A stretch of 64,000 nt of DNA from an uncultured Methanosarcinaceae archaeon (lineage in GTDB: Archaea; Halobacteriota; Methanosarcinia; Methanosarcinales; Methanosarcinaceae), in contig CAVRJG010000038.1 in assembly GCA_963721455.1 (NCBI GenBank), positions 1-64,000 of the forward strand. The letters are read 5' to 3'. Position numbers and translations under genes: made by a program. This document shows, one piece after another, positions 20,694 through 31,808 of this stretch. Within the stretch, counting starts at the first letter, position 1. Each line of letters begins with the position of its first letter. Under the pieces are notes generated by a model, which did no database searches, was not told the origin of the DNA, and saw only the letters and a list, made by a program, of their open reading frames with translations.

Positions 20694-20843
20694 GCTTCTG
20701 AAGAAATATATTTTTTAAGCGATGGGCCTACTTTTCTCAACCCCCGGCAGGTTTCAGTTCTCTATAAAAAGTCCCACGGCGAAAAGATCAATCTGAATTA
20801 GATGTTTCTGGCCGGCATCCGCACGAGAAATTTTTATAACACT
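20694..20843 (+). repeat. Copy B of the ~150-bp intergenic element ending in a BRE/TATA-like motif
   Basis: TTTCTCAACC-CCGGCAGG...AAAGATCAATC...GGCCGGCATCCG-A-GAGAAAT-TTTTATAACA. Confidence 0.85.
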
Positions 20844-20927
20844 AGGTACAGATTACATATTATTGAAAAGATTGTTTTTAACTTGAACTATTGAAAAAGC
20901 AGATGGTTAATTCATAAACTGCTTACA

Positions 20928-20992
20928 ACATATTCATGCTTGTTCAAGCATGTTCATAACATGTTCATAACATGTTCATTGCTTGTTCATAA
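20928..20992. repeat. Degenerate 11-12-bp tandem repeat (CATGTTCATAA-like, ~6 units)
   Basis: Read directly just past the stop of the minus-strand gene. Confidence 0.7.
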
Positions 20993-21002
20993 GTAAGAAG
21001 AA

Positions 21003-22414
21003 TCAAGTCTTGCTTTTCAATTCATAGTAACCAAGAGGATCTTTAGGGCTTTTTCCCTTCCAAACAATGTATTCTTCTGCTATGAGATTTTTGAGCTTTC
21101 TTCTTAGTGTTGACCGGCTTTTCTTCAATAAATTTTCCAATTCTTTTGCAGTTGCTTTTTCATGCTCCTGCATGTAGCTTATAATCTTTCTATCATCTTC
21201 TTCCAGTTTACTCAAATCAAATGAAGGAAGTTCTTTCTCTTCATATGCTTTTTTGTAAAAAATCGTCTTGAAAAACCCGCTATCTTCCCTGAATTCCGGG
21301 TCAACAATTCCCCATTCCCTGCAGTATTTTCTCATCCTGAAAACGCCGGTTCCAAATCCTTCGATCAGTCCCAATTCGCTGAAGGTCCTGCCTATGATTT
21401 TATTTCTGTGTTCGGATACTCCTTTTCCGAGGTCTTCAAGGGTGATGCTGGAGGGGAGGTGGCCTGGGCTTGTGATTTCAATCCTGTCATCGAATATGGC
21501 GAACTTTATGTCTGCACCTTTTCTTGAGTAGTCCCTGTGACAGACAGCGTTTACAAGCGCTTCTTTTACGGCTTTTTCCGGGTACTCATATGCTTCTTTC
21601 CTGTAAAGGCCCTCAATTTTTGCTCCTCTCCGGATGTTCCGCTTGAAAAAAGCAATTGCTTCTTCGACCTGCTTAAATAGAGGACCGGAAACAATTCGCT
21701 GGTCAAGAAACTCGTCCATTTCGTTACCTTTGAAGCGGGCACACCTTATCACTGCGCCAGGGAGGTGAACGTCAGGTTCACTTGAAAAAAGAAGTATTCC
21801 TGCAACTGTAGGGTAAATGCTGCCGTTTAGCTGGAGGGCAAAACGCTTCTTCTCAAAAAAACTATTGTTAATTTCGTTTTCAGGAATTCCCCTTATTTTT
21901 CCCTCATACTAAAGTAGAAGGCAAGGTTTTCAGTCTCAAGTTCTTCTAGACCCGCACCCTGAACCGTTGTCTCGTCAAAACTAATGTTCATACGCTGGCG
22001 CCTGAGCTCCTCAATAATTTCAGGATCTGCCTTCCTGTTGGTGGATCCTACACGTACGAAAGTCCCTTCCATCTCCCCCTTTTCTTTAAGGTGGTAAGGT
22101 TTAAGCCTGCCAGGATAAACTTCGACTTTCAGAAGCAACTTTCCTTCAATGTTATGAATCGTTGTATTGAAGGAGGGAATGGGCTCGAGCATTTCATAGG
22201 TAATGTTTGCAACCTGTTCTTCGACATCAGAGATGTCCAGCTCGTCAATGCCTATGAGAGCCTTGTCCAAATCCCGGATTCCTATTATGATCGAGCCACC
22301 GGCTCCGTTTGAAAAAGCTCAGACCGTCTTTGCAATTGCAAGCGCAGTTGGCATTTTTTCTTTGAATTCCAGAGTTCTGCTTTCAGGAGCCGCGAGGAGT
22401 TTCAGGATGGGCAT
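21003..22414 (-). pseudogene. AlbA_2 (Schlafen-like) + RecG-C ATPase-like + wHTH protein, disrupted
   Basis: ESRTLEFKE...AFSNGAGG, EALVNAVCHRDY, DRIEITSPG and EGFGTG. In-frame TGA at 22319-22321 and a frameshift at ~21895. Confidence 0.88.
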
Positions 22415-22551
22415 GTTTATCTGCTGTCAATAAGTATACTTCAGTTAAATATTTGTGCTTCTCCAAAGGCTCTTCTATTCTCCGGAATCAAAATTCTTAA
22501 CTTTTTATAGTAAATTTCCCGCACCTATAGTATGAGATTTTGAAAGTCCGC

Positions 22552-22772
22552 AAAAAAAAGGCATTCTGAAAAGGATCGGTCCGGCTAAAGGCGGCCACTG
22601 GGAAGTTCTTGAAAAGTGAGCTTCTGGAGAAATATATTTTTCAAGCCATGCGCCTCCACCTTTCTCAACCTCCGGCAAGTTCCAGTTTCTTGTAAAAGAT
22701 CTCATGGCGAAAAGATCAATCTATATCATAAATTTCAGGCCGGCATCCGTAAGAGAAATCTTTTATAACACT
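22552..22772 (+). repeat. Copy C: duplicated wHTH 3' tail (KRIGPAKGGHWEVLEK*) plus the intergenic element
   Basis: High identity to ~20628-20843. Confidence 0.88.
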
Positions 22773-22788
22773 GCGAAATCTCTTAATT

Positions 22789-23033
22789 ATGGAAGAAACA
22801 TACAGGTTTTCAGCCATCGTTCATAAAGAAGGAAAATGGTATGTCTCTGGTGTTCCGAGCTTGATATTGCAAGCCAGGGAGAAACGATTGAAGAAGCTAT
22901 CGAGAACCTGAAGGAAGCAATCGAATTCTACCTCGAAGACGAAGATGCTCAGATCCCTGCAGCCGGCCAGGTTTTTACCACCACGGTAGAGGTTTCTTCC
23001 CATGCCAGAACTTCCCACTCCGTCAGCTCGTGA
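22789..23033 (+). pseudogene. hicB: HicB-family antitoxin with a 1-nt deletion
   Basis: Near-identical to the intact 24070..24315 but missing a base at ~22847. Confidence 0.85.
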
Positions 23034-23227
23034 AGTTATAAGGGCACTCAGCGGCCAGGGATTTCAGGTGGTATCTCAGAAAGGAAGCCACATCAAAATG
23101 AAAAAGATAGCTCCGAATGAAAGCGTGTTGTATTGTCCCCGACCATCCGGAAATTCCGGCAGGAACCTTGAAATCCAGTATCCGGCAAGCAGGAATGACC
23201 GATGAAGAATTTATCAGGTTTTTGTAA
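23002..23227 (+). pseudogene. hicA: HicA-family toxin, frameshifted
   Basis: SQKGSHIKM, then VPDHPEIPAGTLKSSIRQAG in another frame. Confidence 0.85.
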
Positions 23228-23391
23228 TTTTGTTGTATATTCAGAACCTTTTAGAGACCCTCTTTTTTTCAAACTTTTATTCCTTCTACCCCTTTTGATA
23301 AGTTCGGCTTACTCTATGCAGGTATACAGAACAATCAATTTGATTTTGGAATTAAGAAGTATATTAATATCAAAATCACCAATTAATCTTT

Positions 23392-23598
23392 ATGCGGTTC
23401 ACAATTAAACTCGAAGAGTCTGAGGAAGGAGGATACACCGCCCAGTGCCTTGAAATTCCCGCCGCTATCAGTGAAGGAGATACTAAAGAAGAGGCGCTTG
23501 AAAACATCAAGGAAGCTATCCAGCTTGTTCTGGAAGTGACCCGGGAACAGGCTCAGGTGTTGGGGGAAATTGCCACAGTGGAGGTTTCGATTGGCTAA
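23392..23598 (+). CDS. hicB: HicB-family antitoxin
   Basis: EEGGYTA...SEGDTKEEALENIKEAIQLVLE. Confidence 0.9.
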   Translation: MRFTIKLEESEEGGYTAQCLEIPAAISEGDTKEEALENIKEAIQLVLEVTREQAQVLGEIATVEVSIG

Positions 23599-23806
23599 AT
23601 TGCCTTCGGTTTCCGGAAAAAAGCTCATAAGAGCCCTTGGAAAACTCGGTTTTGTTGTTGTCAGGCAGAAAGGTAGCCACGTAATTTTGCAAAGAGGGTC
23701 AAATTTGCTTACTGTCCCTCTCCATGATCCTGTCAAGAAATCCACTTTGAATGCAATTTTGAAGCAAGCTGATGTTTCGCTCGAAGAACTGCTAGAACAT
23801 CTTTAA
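23591..23806 (+). CDS. hicA: HicA-family mRNA interferase toxin, intact
   Basis: GFVVVRQKGSH, TVPLH and STLNAILKQA. TTG start overlapping hicB. Confidence 0.9.
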   Translation: MAKLPSVSGKKLIRALGKLGFVVVRQKGSHVILQRGSNLLTVPLHDPVKKSTLNAILKQADVSLEELLEHL

Positions 23807-23909
23807 TAATTAAGTTTTTTAAAGTGCTTCAGACAAATACAGAGTTTAAGTTTCGCTTTTTGAGCAGAGAATCTTCTTGAAATCTTCTGATCCTTAGTTC
23901 ACAGGATAG

Positions 23910-24050
23910 ATCTATTTTCTCAAGCTTGGCGCCTCCCTCTTTCTCAACCTCCGGCAGGTTTTTAGATTTCAGTAAAAGATCTCATGGCGATAAGATCAAT
24001 CCGGATCAGAAATTTCAGGCCGGCATCCGCAAGAGAAATCTTTTATAACA
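23910..24050 (+). repeat. Copy D of the intergenic element
   Basis: Same conserved blocks as copies B and C, followed by hicB. Confidence 0.88.
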
Positions 24051-24069
24051 ATGCGGAGATCTGTTAATT

Positions 24070-24315
24070 ATGGAAGAAACGTACAGGTTTTCAGCCGTCG
24101 TCCACAAAGAAGGAAAATGGTATATCTCCTGGTGTTCCGAGCTTGATATTGCAAGCCAGGGAGAAACAATTGAAGAATCTATCGAGAACCTGAAAGAAGC
24201 AATCGAACTCTACCTCGAAGACGAGGACGCCCAGATCCCGGCAGCTGGCCAGGTTTTTACCACCACGGTAGAGGTCTCTTCCCATGCTAGAAATTCTCAT
24301 CCTGTCAGCTCGTGA
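24070..24315 (+). CDS. hicB: HicB-family antitoxin; its hicA partner is truncated at ~24331
   Basis: KEGKWYISWCSELDIASQGETIEES. hicA starts at 24284 and its homology is lost after about 16 codons. Confidence 0.88.
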   Translation: MEETYRFSAVVHKEGKWYISWCSELDIASQGETIEESIENLKEAIELYLEDEDAQIPAAGQVFTTTVEVSSHARNSHPVSS

Positions 24316-24455
24316 AGTTATTAGAGCATTAAGGCTCTTGTCAAAAAGTTCATTTTTTTACTGACTCTTTTAAAATACATACGTAATGTGGTTTTTTCTC
24401 GAAACTTCCTGACAAAATCAAAAAGTTTATAAATTTAATAAGTTTTTTATATTAT

Positions 24456-25262
24456 ATGTTACTTTTTAAAAATTCAGCTAAAACTATGGAAGGGGTTCTC
24501 AATAACGCAAAGCATGCAACGGATGGAAAACCACATCATGTAAAGCTAGGAGATATTATCTTAATAGCTCAGACGAAAAGTACATTATGGCCTGGACAGA
24601 AACCAATTCGATGGATAATGGATTTTGTGTCCTGTGAAGAAGACGTGGATAATCTCAGCAATAAAATCTGGGGAAAGCATTGGAGATATATAATCAATGG
24701 AGAAAACGTAAGGTCTGTGGAACCTTTTGACATAAACGAAATAAAAGTTACTTCCAAAAACTACGATGCAGTCCAAACTTATGCTATAATTGAGCCTGAA
24801 GATGAAGAAGAAGTGCTTAATTGGATATCTGAGTCTGTAAGCACTTATGTATATAATACAGGTATCTTCTCAAATGAGTTTAAAGAAGGAAAATCTCTAG
24901 ATTACGATGAACTTATACAAAAATTGGATATTAAGTATAGAAATACTCCTGAGTTCAAAAAAACTGTAGTTGAGTTAATACAGAGGCCTTCTTTACTATC
25001 CAATGCCATCAAAGAAAAATATGGATATAAATGCATGATCTGTGGGTATCCAGGATTTTTGAAAAAAGATGGCGAAAAATATGCAGAAGTCCACCATATG
25101 ATAGAGCTTAATACGAAGTCTCCAGAAACACTTCAAAGCTGGAATTTATTAGTTGTTTGCCCATTGTGTCATAAAAAACTTCATTATGCGGATGTAAAAT
25201 CAGAGTTTTTAGATCCTGGATGGAAAATCATGATTGATGGCGAGGAACATATTATTAAGTAA
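24456..25262 (+). CDS. HNH endonuclease (McrA-like) with a putative PUA/EVE-like N-terminal domain
   Basis: CMICG...AEVHH...NLLVVCPLCHKKLH. The N-terminal VKLGDIILIA strand is PUA-like (inference). Lower GC than its neighbours. Confidence 0.8.
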   Translation: MLLFKNSAKTMEGVLNNAKHATDGKPHHVKLGDIILIAQTKSTLWPGQKPIRWIMDFVSCEEDVDNLSNKIWGKHWRYIINGENVRSVEPFDINEIKVTSKNYDAVQTYAIIEPEDEEEVLNWISESVSTYVYNTGIFSNEFKEGKSLDYDELIQKLDIKYRNTPEFKKTVVELIQRPSLLSNAIKEKYGYKCMICGYPGFLKKDGEKYAEVHHMIELNTKSPETLQSWNLLVVCPLCHKKLHYADVKSEFLDPGWKIMIDGEEHIIK

Positions 25263-25443
25263 GTATTTTTTCTTTGAGTCTTACCAAATAAGCTTTCGGT
25301 GAAATTCCCGCCTGTGCGAAATCCAATTCTGCCTGTTCTCTGCCGGTTGTGCGGGGTTGATGGGAGAGAGGGCCGCTAAATATAAAAATAGAGTTTTAAT
25401 ATGCCCTTTTGAGCGACGCGAAAAGTAATGTTACTTGTGTAAG

Positions 25444-25809
25444 TTAGTCCGCTTGAGGGAGCGTAGCGACCGAAACGGACCGCGCATCGTCGAGCCGCAA
25501 CTCGACTGAGACCACTTCATTAAGAACACGTTTTCCAACGTTTGGTTTAAGCCCGGTTCTGGTCACAAGATCAACTTTTACTCCCAGGAGATCACTCAGA
25601 TAGTATTCAAGTTCAATGTATTTCAGGAGACCAGGTGTTTTATCAAACTCCACCAGAACATCAAGATCACTCTCACTTGTTTGTTCCCCACGGACGTATG
25701 ACCCGAAAACTCCGAGATAGCTCACGCTGTACTTTTTTCGGATCTCTGGCAGGTGTTGCCTGAGTATTCTTATGAAATAGTCAGCGTCCTTAAGTTGTTG
25801 GGAAGACAT
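25444..25809 (-). CDS. Minimal nucleotidyltransferase (MNT antitoxin family); C-terminus runs into a REP-like motif
   Basis: GVFGSYVRGEQ, SDLDVLV and KVDLV motifs. Likely ATG at 25809. No HEPN partner seen. Confidence 0.85.
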   Translation of the reverse strand: MSSQQLKDADYFIRILRQHLPEIRKKYSVSYLGVFGSYVRGEQTSESDLDVLVEFDKTPGLLKYIELEYYLSDLLGVKVDLVTRTGLKPNVGKRVLNEVVSVELRLDDARSVSVATLPQAD

Positions 25810-26311
25810 TTTACTTCCTTTACTTATTTTTTCATTGCTGGAATTATAATGGCTACTTTTCTCTATAACGATATCATGTTTCATGTCTATATGCTTTTTC
25901 TGCTGTCAGTATTTTGTGCAAAACATGTATTCAAATTAATGTAATGTCGCTGCATGAGAGTTATAGACGACATGCCTGGACAGTCATGTAATTTGCTGAT
26001 TCTTAACCTTAATTTTTTGTAGATGCTAAATATTTAAATAGCTGGTCAGTTTTTTATGTAAATAGCACGAGTATAAGCAGGTTACAGGTATCTATATCTA
26101 ATTCTGTATCCGAATTATAGGCCTGTACTGTCAAACCACAATTCCAATGCCGGAACTACCAGATATCTCCTATCCGGGTTACGGATACCGGGTTATGGAT
26201 ATTCGCTATAGAATAGGCATTTATATCAGAAATAGAATGTTTAGGTTCTGCTTACATCCTTATCTTGATTCACAGTTACATTATCCAATATAATTACAAG
26301 AGGCTTAAACT

Positions 26312-27820
26312 TTGGAATTACAGTTCAATCTCAAAGCTTATTTTAAAACAAGCGCAGACCCCACTCCTGCAAGAGAAGCTGTAGCTGCTCTTTTTGAAGA
26401 GGCAAACAACACCCTTCTCACAAAAGGGGCGCCTGAAGGGCAGGGAGCAAAAATTACGGAATGGAAGCTCGGGGAGGACAGGATCGAGCTTACGCTTGAG
26501 TCCGGTCGGTATGTCAGGGTGCATGATGCGATCCTGCGGCTCAAGAAGGTGCTTGCCGAGGCGCTGGGGAAAAAATATAAAATCGGGATTCGCGGAATCG
26601 AGGTTGAGTCCTTCACCATACGGCTGCCTACCGAACACGAGTTAAAGGCGCTCAAGGTTCCCTACATCAAGAGCATGGAAAATATAGACGGCGGAATCAT
26701 ACTTGAGCTTGAAGTAGGAGAAGCTGAGATGAAAAACCGGGTGCCGGACAGGATTCTCACGCTGCTTGAAGAGAAGATCGAGGCTACCAGGTACGGGGCA
26801 AAAGCCGAGCACTGGAATCTGCTCTGGCAGAGAGGGCCAATGGAGCATCCCTTCAAGGAAGACCCGACCCAGGCTATGATGAAAGAAGGCTGGCTCAAGC
26901 GGGGGGCAAGCCGCGGGCAGTGGATCCACGGGCCTCAGTCGACAAGACTTTTCCGGACTTTCGAAAAGATCGTCTTTGACGAACTTCTGGAACCCCTCGA
27001 ATACAGGGAAATGATTTTCCCGAAGCTGGTCACCTGGGAAGTCTGGATGAAGTCCGGACATGCCAAGGGCGTATACCCTGAGATCTATTATGTATGCCCT
27101 CCGAAGACAAGGGACCCCGAATACTGGGAAGAGGTTGCCGATTATTACAAGGTTACCCATGAAGTGCCCACAAAACTGATCAAGGAAAAGATAGGAGAGC
27201 CAATCGGAGGCATGGCCTACGCTCAGTGCCCTCCTTTCTGGATGTACGTGACAGGGGAAACTCTTCCTAACGACGAGATTCCAATAAAGGTCTTTGACAG
27301 GTCAGGAACCTCACACAGGTATGAGAGCGGCGGAATCCACGGGATCGAAAGGGTAGATGAGTTCCACAGGATAGAAATCGTCTGGATCGGGACAAAGGAA
27401 GAGGTAGTAAAGTGCGCAGAGGAACTGCACGAGCGCTACATGCATATTTTCAACGATATCCTGGACATTGAGTGGAGAAAGGCAAGAGTCACCCCCTGGT
27501 TCATGGCACAGGAAGGGCTGCTCGGCCTTGCCGAAGAAAACACTGTCGGGACAACTGACTATGAGGCCTGCCTTCCTTACCGCGGGCCGGACGGAGAATG
27601 GCTTGAATTCCAGAACGTGAGCATCAATGGAGACAAGTACCCCAAAGGCTTCAATGTGAAGCTCCAGTCCGGAGAAGAACTCTGGTCAGGCTGCTCCGGA
27701 GTCGGGCTTGAGAGATGGGCTGCGGTCTTCCTTGCGCAGAAAGGGCTTGACCCTGAGAACTGGCCTGAAGAGTTCAGGAAGAGGGTAGGCGCGCTGCCAA
27801 AAGGCATCCGCTTCCTTTAA
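26312..27820 (+). CDS. serS: Seryl-tRNA synthetase, methanogen type
   Basis: [31 protein letters not shown] and [12 protein letters not shown]. Confidence 0.96.
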   Translation: MELQFNLKAYFKTSADPTPAREAVAALFEEANNTLLTKGAPEGQGAKITEWKLGEDRIELTLESGRYVRVHDAILRLKKVLAEALGKKYKIGIRGIEVESFTIRLPTEHELKALKVPYIKSMENIDGGIILELEVGEAEMKNRVPDRILTLLEEKIEATRYGAKAEHWNLLWQRGPMEHPFKEDPTQAMMKEGWLKRGASRGQWIHGPQSTRLFRTFEKIVFDELLEPLEYREMIFPKLVTWEVWMKSGHAKGVYPEIYYVCPPKTRDPEYWEEVADYYKVTHEVPTKLIKEKIGEPIGGMAYAQCPPFWMYVTGETLPNDEIPIKVFDRSGTSHRYESGGIHGIERVDEFHRIEIVWIGTKEEVVKCAEELHERYMHIFNDILDIEWRKARVTPWFMAQEGLLGLAEENTVGTTDYEACLPYRGPDGEWLEFQNVSINGDKYPKGFNVKLQSGEELWSGCSGVGLERWAAVFLAQKGLDPENWPEEFRKRVGALPKGIRFL

Positions 27821-28348
27821 ACTTTTTTATTTTTCTTTTTAGCAAAAAACAGACTCATATAACTTAATCATATGACGCATGTAACTTAATCATATATCAC
27901 ATATTACTGAATTCACCGTGTCGGTCAAACGTCCTGAGAACCGGGCAGAAAGCGATTCTGACCGATTTGTTTATATATGGAAATGATGTGTATAGTGAGC
28001 CATTAACTATTTAGAATCCACTAATTTCTGAGGATTTCTGGCAATTTTCCGGATCATACTTTTGATTATCAGGAGCCTGTAGCTGCCGGCAGATAGGGGA
28101 CGGATCTGGGTTCGGAAACGCTAAGAGGCTCGGAAATTTCATCTCGAAACGGAAATGAAGGTGCTGAAAGCGCAAACTGCGCCGGGCAGCGCAAAGTCTG
28201 TGCAAAAGCGCTGAAAATCGTTCACGCTCATTGATTAAGGAGAAAGCTCACCCGAGCATCAAGCTCACCCGAGCATCCGGAAAAAGAACCTGAGAGGCTT
28301 GAGGGCCGAAGGACCAACCAGTAGCATACAAAAATTATACAAAAATGA

Positions 28349-28981
<633 letters not shown>

Positions 28982-29348
28982 CTTCTTTTTTGTTCAGAAG
29001 CAGGGGAAAATCCGAAAGGATTTTCTTATCTCTTTTAGCGTTTTCTAATTTCTTAGTATTTGATTCTCTCTTTTGCCTGAGTATTTAATATCGGAAAGGA
29101 AAATATTCTCAAGCAGAGTGCTGTTGTACAGTGTAACTAAAAGAAAAATCGATGGTTTTTCTGGTCTCAGGGCGTTATTTGGGACAGAAAGACACGGAGA
29201 CTGTGCCCGTGTTTCCTTTATTCCGCGTTTTCCGTGCCGTCGGTGGTTAATTTTTAACCCGGAAAATCGTAAACGCCGGGTATGGAAAACTGTACGCACT
29301 TCTCTTTTCTTCCCTGTTTTCCCTATACCTGCCGGATTTTCTAAGTTT

Positions 29349-31808
29349 TTACTTATTCTTTTTCAGGCCTGCAGCCGATAGTTTTGAAGTTCTTCCTGTT
29401 ACCGGGATTGCTGCTGAACCTGCTGCCGGGCTTACAGAAGCCTTCTCCTTAATTCTGGCTGCGTTTCCTGTGCCTGGTTTTTTCCAGTATTTTCTGCCTT
29501 CTTTACAGCGCCGGCTTACACAGAAATCTTCTTCAGGGCTTTCGCCTTCTTCTTTTAACCTGAACGTCTTCCAGCCGCAGCTCTCACAGGTTTTATCAAG
29601 CAGGGTCAGTTTTCCGGTTTTGGGGACCGAATGTGTGTACCCGCAGCGTTTTGTACATCCCAGGAATCTGGTGTCTTTGAAAGTAATAAGAAACATGCTT
29701 CCGTCACATTCCGGGCAGGGCCCGACAGTTTCAGGCGGGTAGCATTCCTTTTCAAGGTCACATTTAAAGCAGGGACCTATGCCTACAGCCCAGTTGTACT
29801 TGTTTCCTACTTTCAGGACGGCTGCCCCTTCCTTCTTACATTCCTTGCTTCTGAGCACGGCCAGAGTTCCTGTTTTCGGCAGGGGATGCGAGTTTCTGCA
29901 GTCAGGGTAACCTGTACAGCCCACAAAACGCCCGGAATCTGTCTGCACGATCCTTAACACATGCCCGCAGGCCTTACAGGTCCCTATGTAGTTTTTCTTG
30001 TCCTCAAGGGCAGCTTCGTCCTTGATCGTACCTGCTATTCTTGAAGTCAGCTCCTTTTTATTCGCTTCAAGCTGGGCGTACATCTCCTTTAATAGGGCCG
30101 TTCCCTCGTCAAGGGCGGCTTCAAACTCTTTTTTCCCATCTTCCACTTCCTGGATCAGGGCTTCGATCTTTGCCCTGATGTCTGGCCTGACGAGAATCGG
30201 AACAGTCAGGGAGAGCCCTTCCATAAGGGTAAAGCCCGTGTCAAGAATAGATACGGTTTTTCCCTTTGTCTCAAAATACCCTCTTTTCTTGTTTGTTTCG
30301 ATATGAGAAGGAGCTGTTGCCTTTGTTCCTATCCCATTTTTATCCATAAGGGTCAGAAGTTCGGCTTCTGTCAGCTTTTTTGGAGGGCTGGTTTTGGATT
30401 TCGTGTTGCTGAGCTTTTTTATGCCCACCTTTTCTCCTTCCCCAACAAACGGGAGAAGCTTATCCTTCTTGTTTTCGAAGGGGTATACTTCGAGCCAGCC
30501 TGAATCCTTGAGAACTGTCCCGGATGAATCAAAAGGATCTTCCTTCACAAGGAGATGAAGATGAGTTTTCTCGAAAACTGCTGCAGGCATGAGGTTTGCC
30601 AGGAAATGCCTTGCTATAAGGTCGTAGACCTCGGGTGCCTGAGGGATATTTACTGCAGAGCTTACCTCTCCTCTAGAAGCAGCCCTGATAGGGTGAATCG
30701 GAGGGTGATCGTGCCCATCTTTATCCCCGTTTTTCGGGACAATAGGGGCTATAAGGATGGATTCGGCAAAAGGCTTGTATTCCTTCTGCCGCGCAAAATC
30801 AAAGACCAGGGATTTGAAATCGAAATCATCTGCGTATTTGTTTGTTTCTGTCCTGGGGTAGCTGGTAAACCCTGCAAGGTAAAGCTGTTCTGCGACCTCA
30901 AGGGCAAGTTCAGGGCTGATCCCGAGGAACCTGGAGGCCCGCTTTAGAAATTCGGTAGTATTAAGCGGGTTAGGAGGGCTGGTTTTTGTTTCCTTTACTG
31001 TCTTTTTCGCAACAAGCCCTTCGTTTGCCCCTTTGAGCTTCTTGAAGATCTCGGCGGCTTTTTCTTTATCATGGATATTTCCTGCCCTGTGAGTGCCCTC
31101 GAATTCTCCGCCTTTTGCAGAGAAAATTGCAGTTATCTTCCAGAAGTCCTTTACCTGAAAAGCCCTGATCACCTTTTCCCTTTCATACACAAACCCGCAG
31201 GTTGGCGTCTGGCAGGGGCCGATTGAAAGGATGTCCTTTGTCCTTGCTTTTTCCCTGACTGAAAGCGTGACAAAACGGGTAAATGCAGCACCCATTTTCA
31301 GGTCCAGGATCTGCCTTGCTTCCGCAGCCATTGCCATGTTATAATCAGGGTCCATCAGGTTCTCAAAAGCTTTCCTCACCTCTTTTGGGGAGAGGGCCGA
31401 AAAACGTGCCCTTGCAAACGGTACATTTGTTACTTCCTCTGCAAGCGTCTTGGCTTCAAACCCTATATTTTCTCCTTCCCTGTCGTAGTCGCACGCAAGG
31501 ATAATCTTATCCGCCCTTTTTGCGAGGTTTTTTACTGCAGCTGCGTAGTCTGCTCTTGTCACGAACTTTTCCGGGTCTACTCCAAGGAGTACTCCAGGAT
31601 CAACTTCACTCCATTTATTATACTGCTCCGGAAAATCGTAATTCATAATATGCCCGGATAGCCCCATTACCAGCCACTCTTCACCCTTCCATTTAAATTC
31701 GTATGCAGGCAGCCCTTCTACTGCAATCTTCTCCACTTCCCCATCGCCCAGGATGCTGGCAATCTGGGCGGCTGCCTTGTTCTTTTCTGCAAATGCGACA
31801 ACTGTCAT
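29349..31808 (-). CDS. topA: Type IA DNA topoisomerase (Topo III-like) with C-terminal Zn ribbons
   Basis: TOPRIM AEK and DYDREGE, catalytic SYPRTET, GIGTKAT, and multiple CxxC motifs. Confidence 0.95.
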   Translation of the reverse strand: MTVVAFAEKNKAAAQIASILGDGEVEKIAVEGLPAYEFKWKGEEWLVMGLSGHIMNYDFPEQYNKWSEVDPGVLLGVDPEKFVTRADYAAAVKNLAKRADKIILACDYDREGENIGFEAKTLAEEVTNVPFARARFSALSPKEVRKAFENLMDPDYNMAMAAEARQILDLKMGAAFTRFVTLSVREKARTKDILSIGPCQTPTCGFVYEREKVIRAFQVKDFWKITAIFSAKGGEFEGTHRAGNIHDKEKAAEIFKKLKGANEGLVAKKTVKETKTSPPNPLNTTEFLKRASRFLGISPELALEVAEQLYLAGFTSYPRTETNKYADDFDFKSLVFDFARQKEYKPFAESILIAPIVPKNGDKDGHDHPPIHPIRAASRGEVSSAVNIPQAPEVYDLIARHFLANLMPAAVFEKTHLHLLVKEDPFDSSGTVLKDSGWLEVYPFENKKDKLLPFVGEGEKVGIKKLSNTKSKTSPPKKLTEAELLTLMDKNGIGTKATAPSHIETNKKRGYFETKGKTVSILDTGFTLMEGLSLTVPILVRPDIRAKIEALIQEVEDGKKEFEAALDEGTALLKEMYAQLEANKKELTSRIAGTIKDEAALEDKKNYIGTCKACGHVLRIVQTDSGRFVGCTGYPDCRNSHPLPKTGTLAVLRSKECKKEGAAVLKVGNKYNWAVGIGPCFKCDLEKECYPPETVGPCPECDGSMFLITFKDTRFLGCTKRCGYTHSVPKTGKLTLLDKTCESCGWKTFRLKEEGESPEEDFCVSRRCKEGRKYWKKPGTGNAARIKEKASVSPAAGSAAIPVTGRTSKLSAAGLKKNK

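Noticed and set aside
22319-22321. In-frame TGA at a probable Cys position as selenocysteine
   Set aside because: Methanosarcina are not known to encode Sec, and the gene also has a frameshift, so nonsense decay is simpler.
20207-24050. Repeated element as integron attC sites
   Set aside because: No RYYYAAC...GTTRRRY ends or long internal palindrome could be identified, and there is no IntI-like gene.
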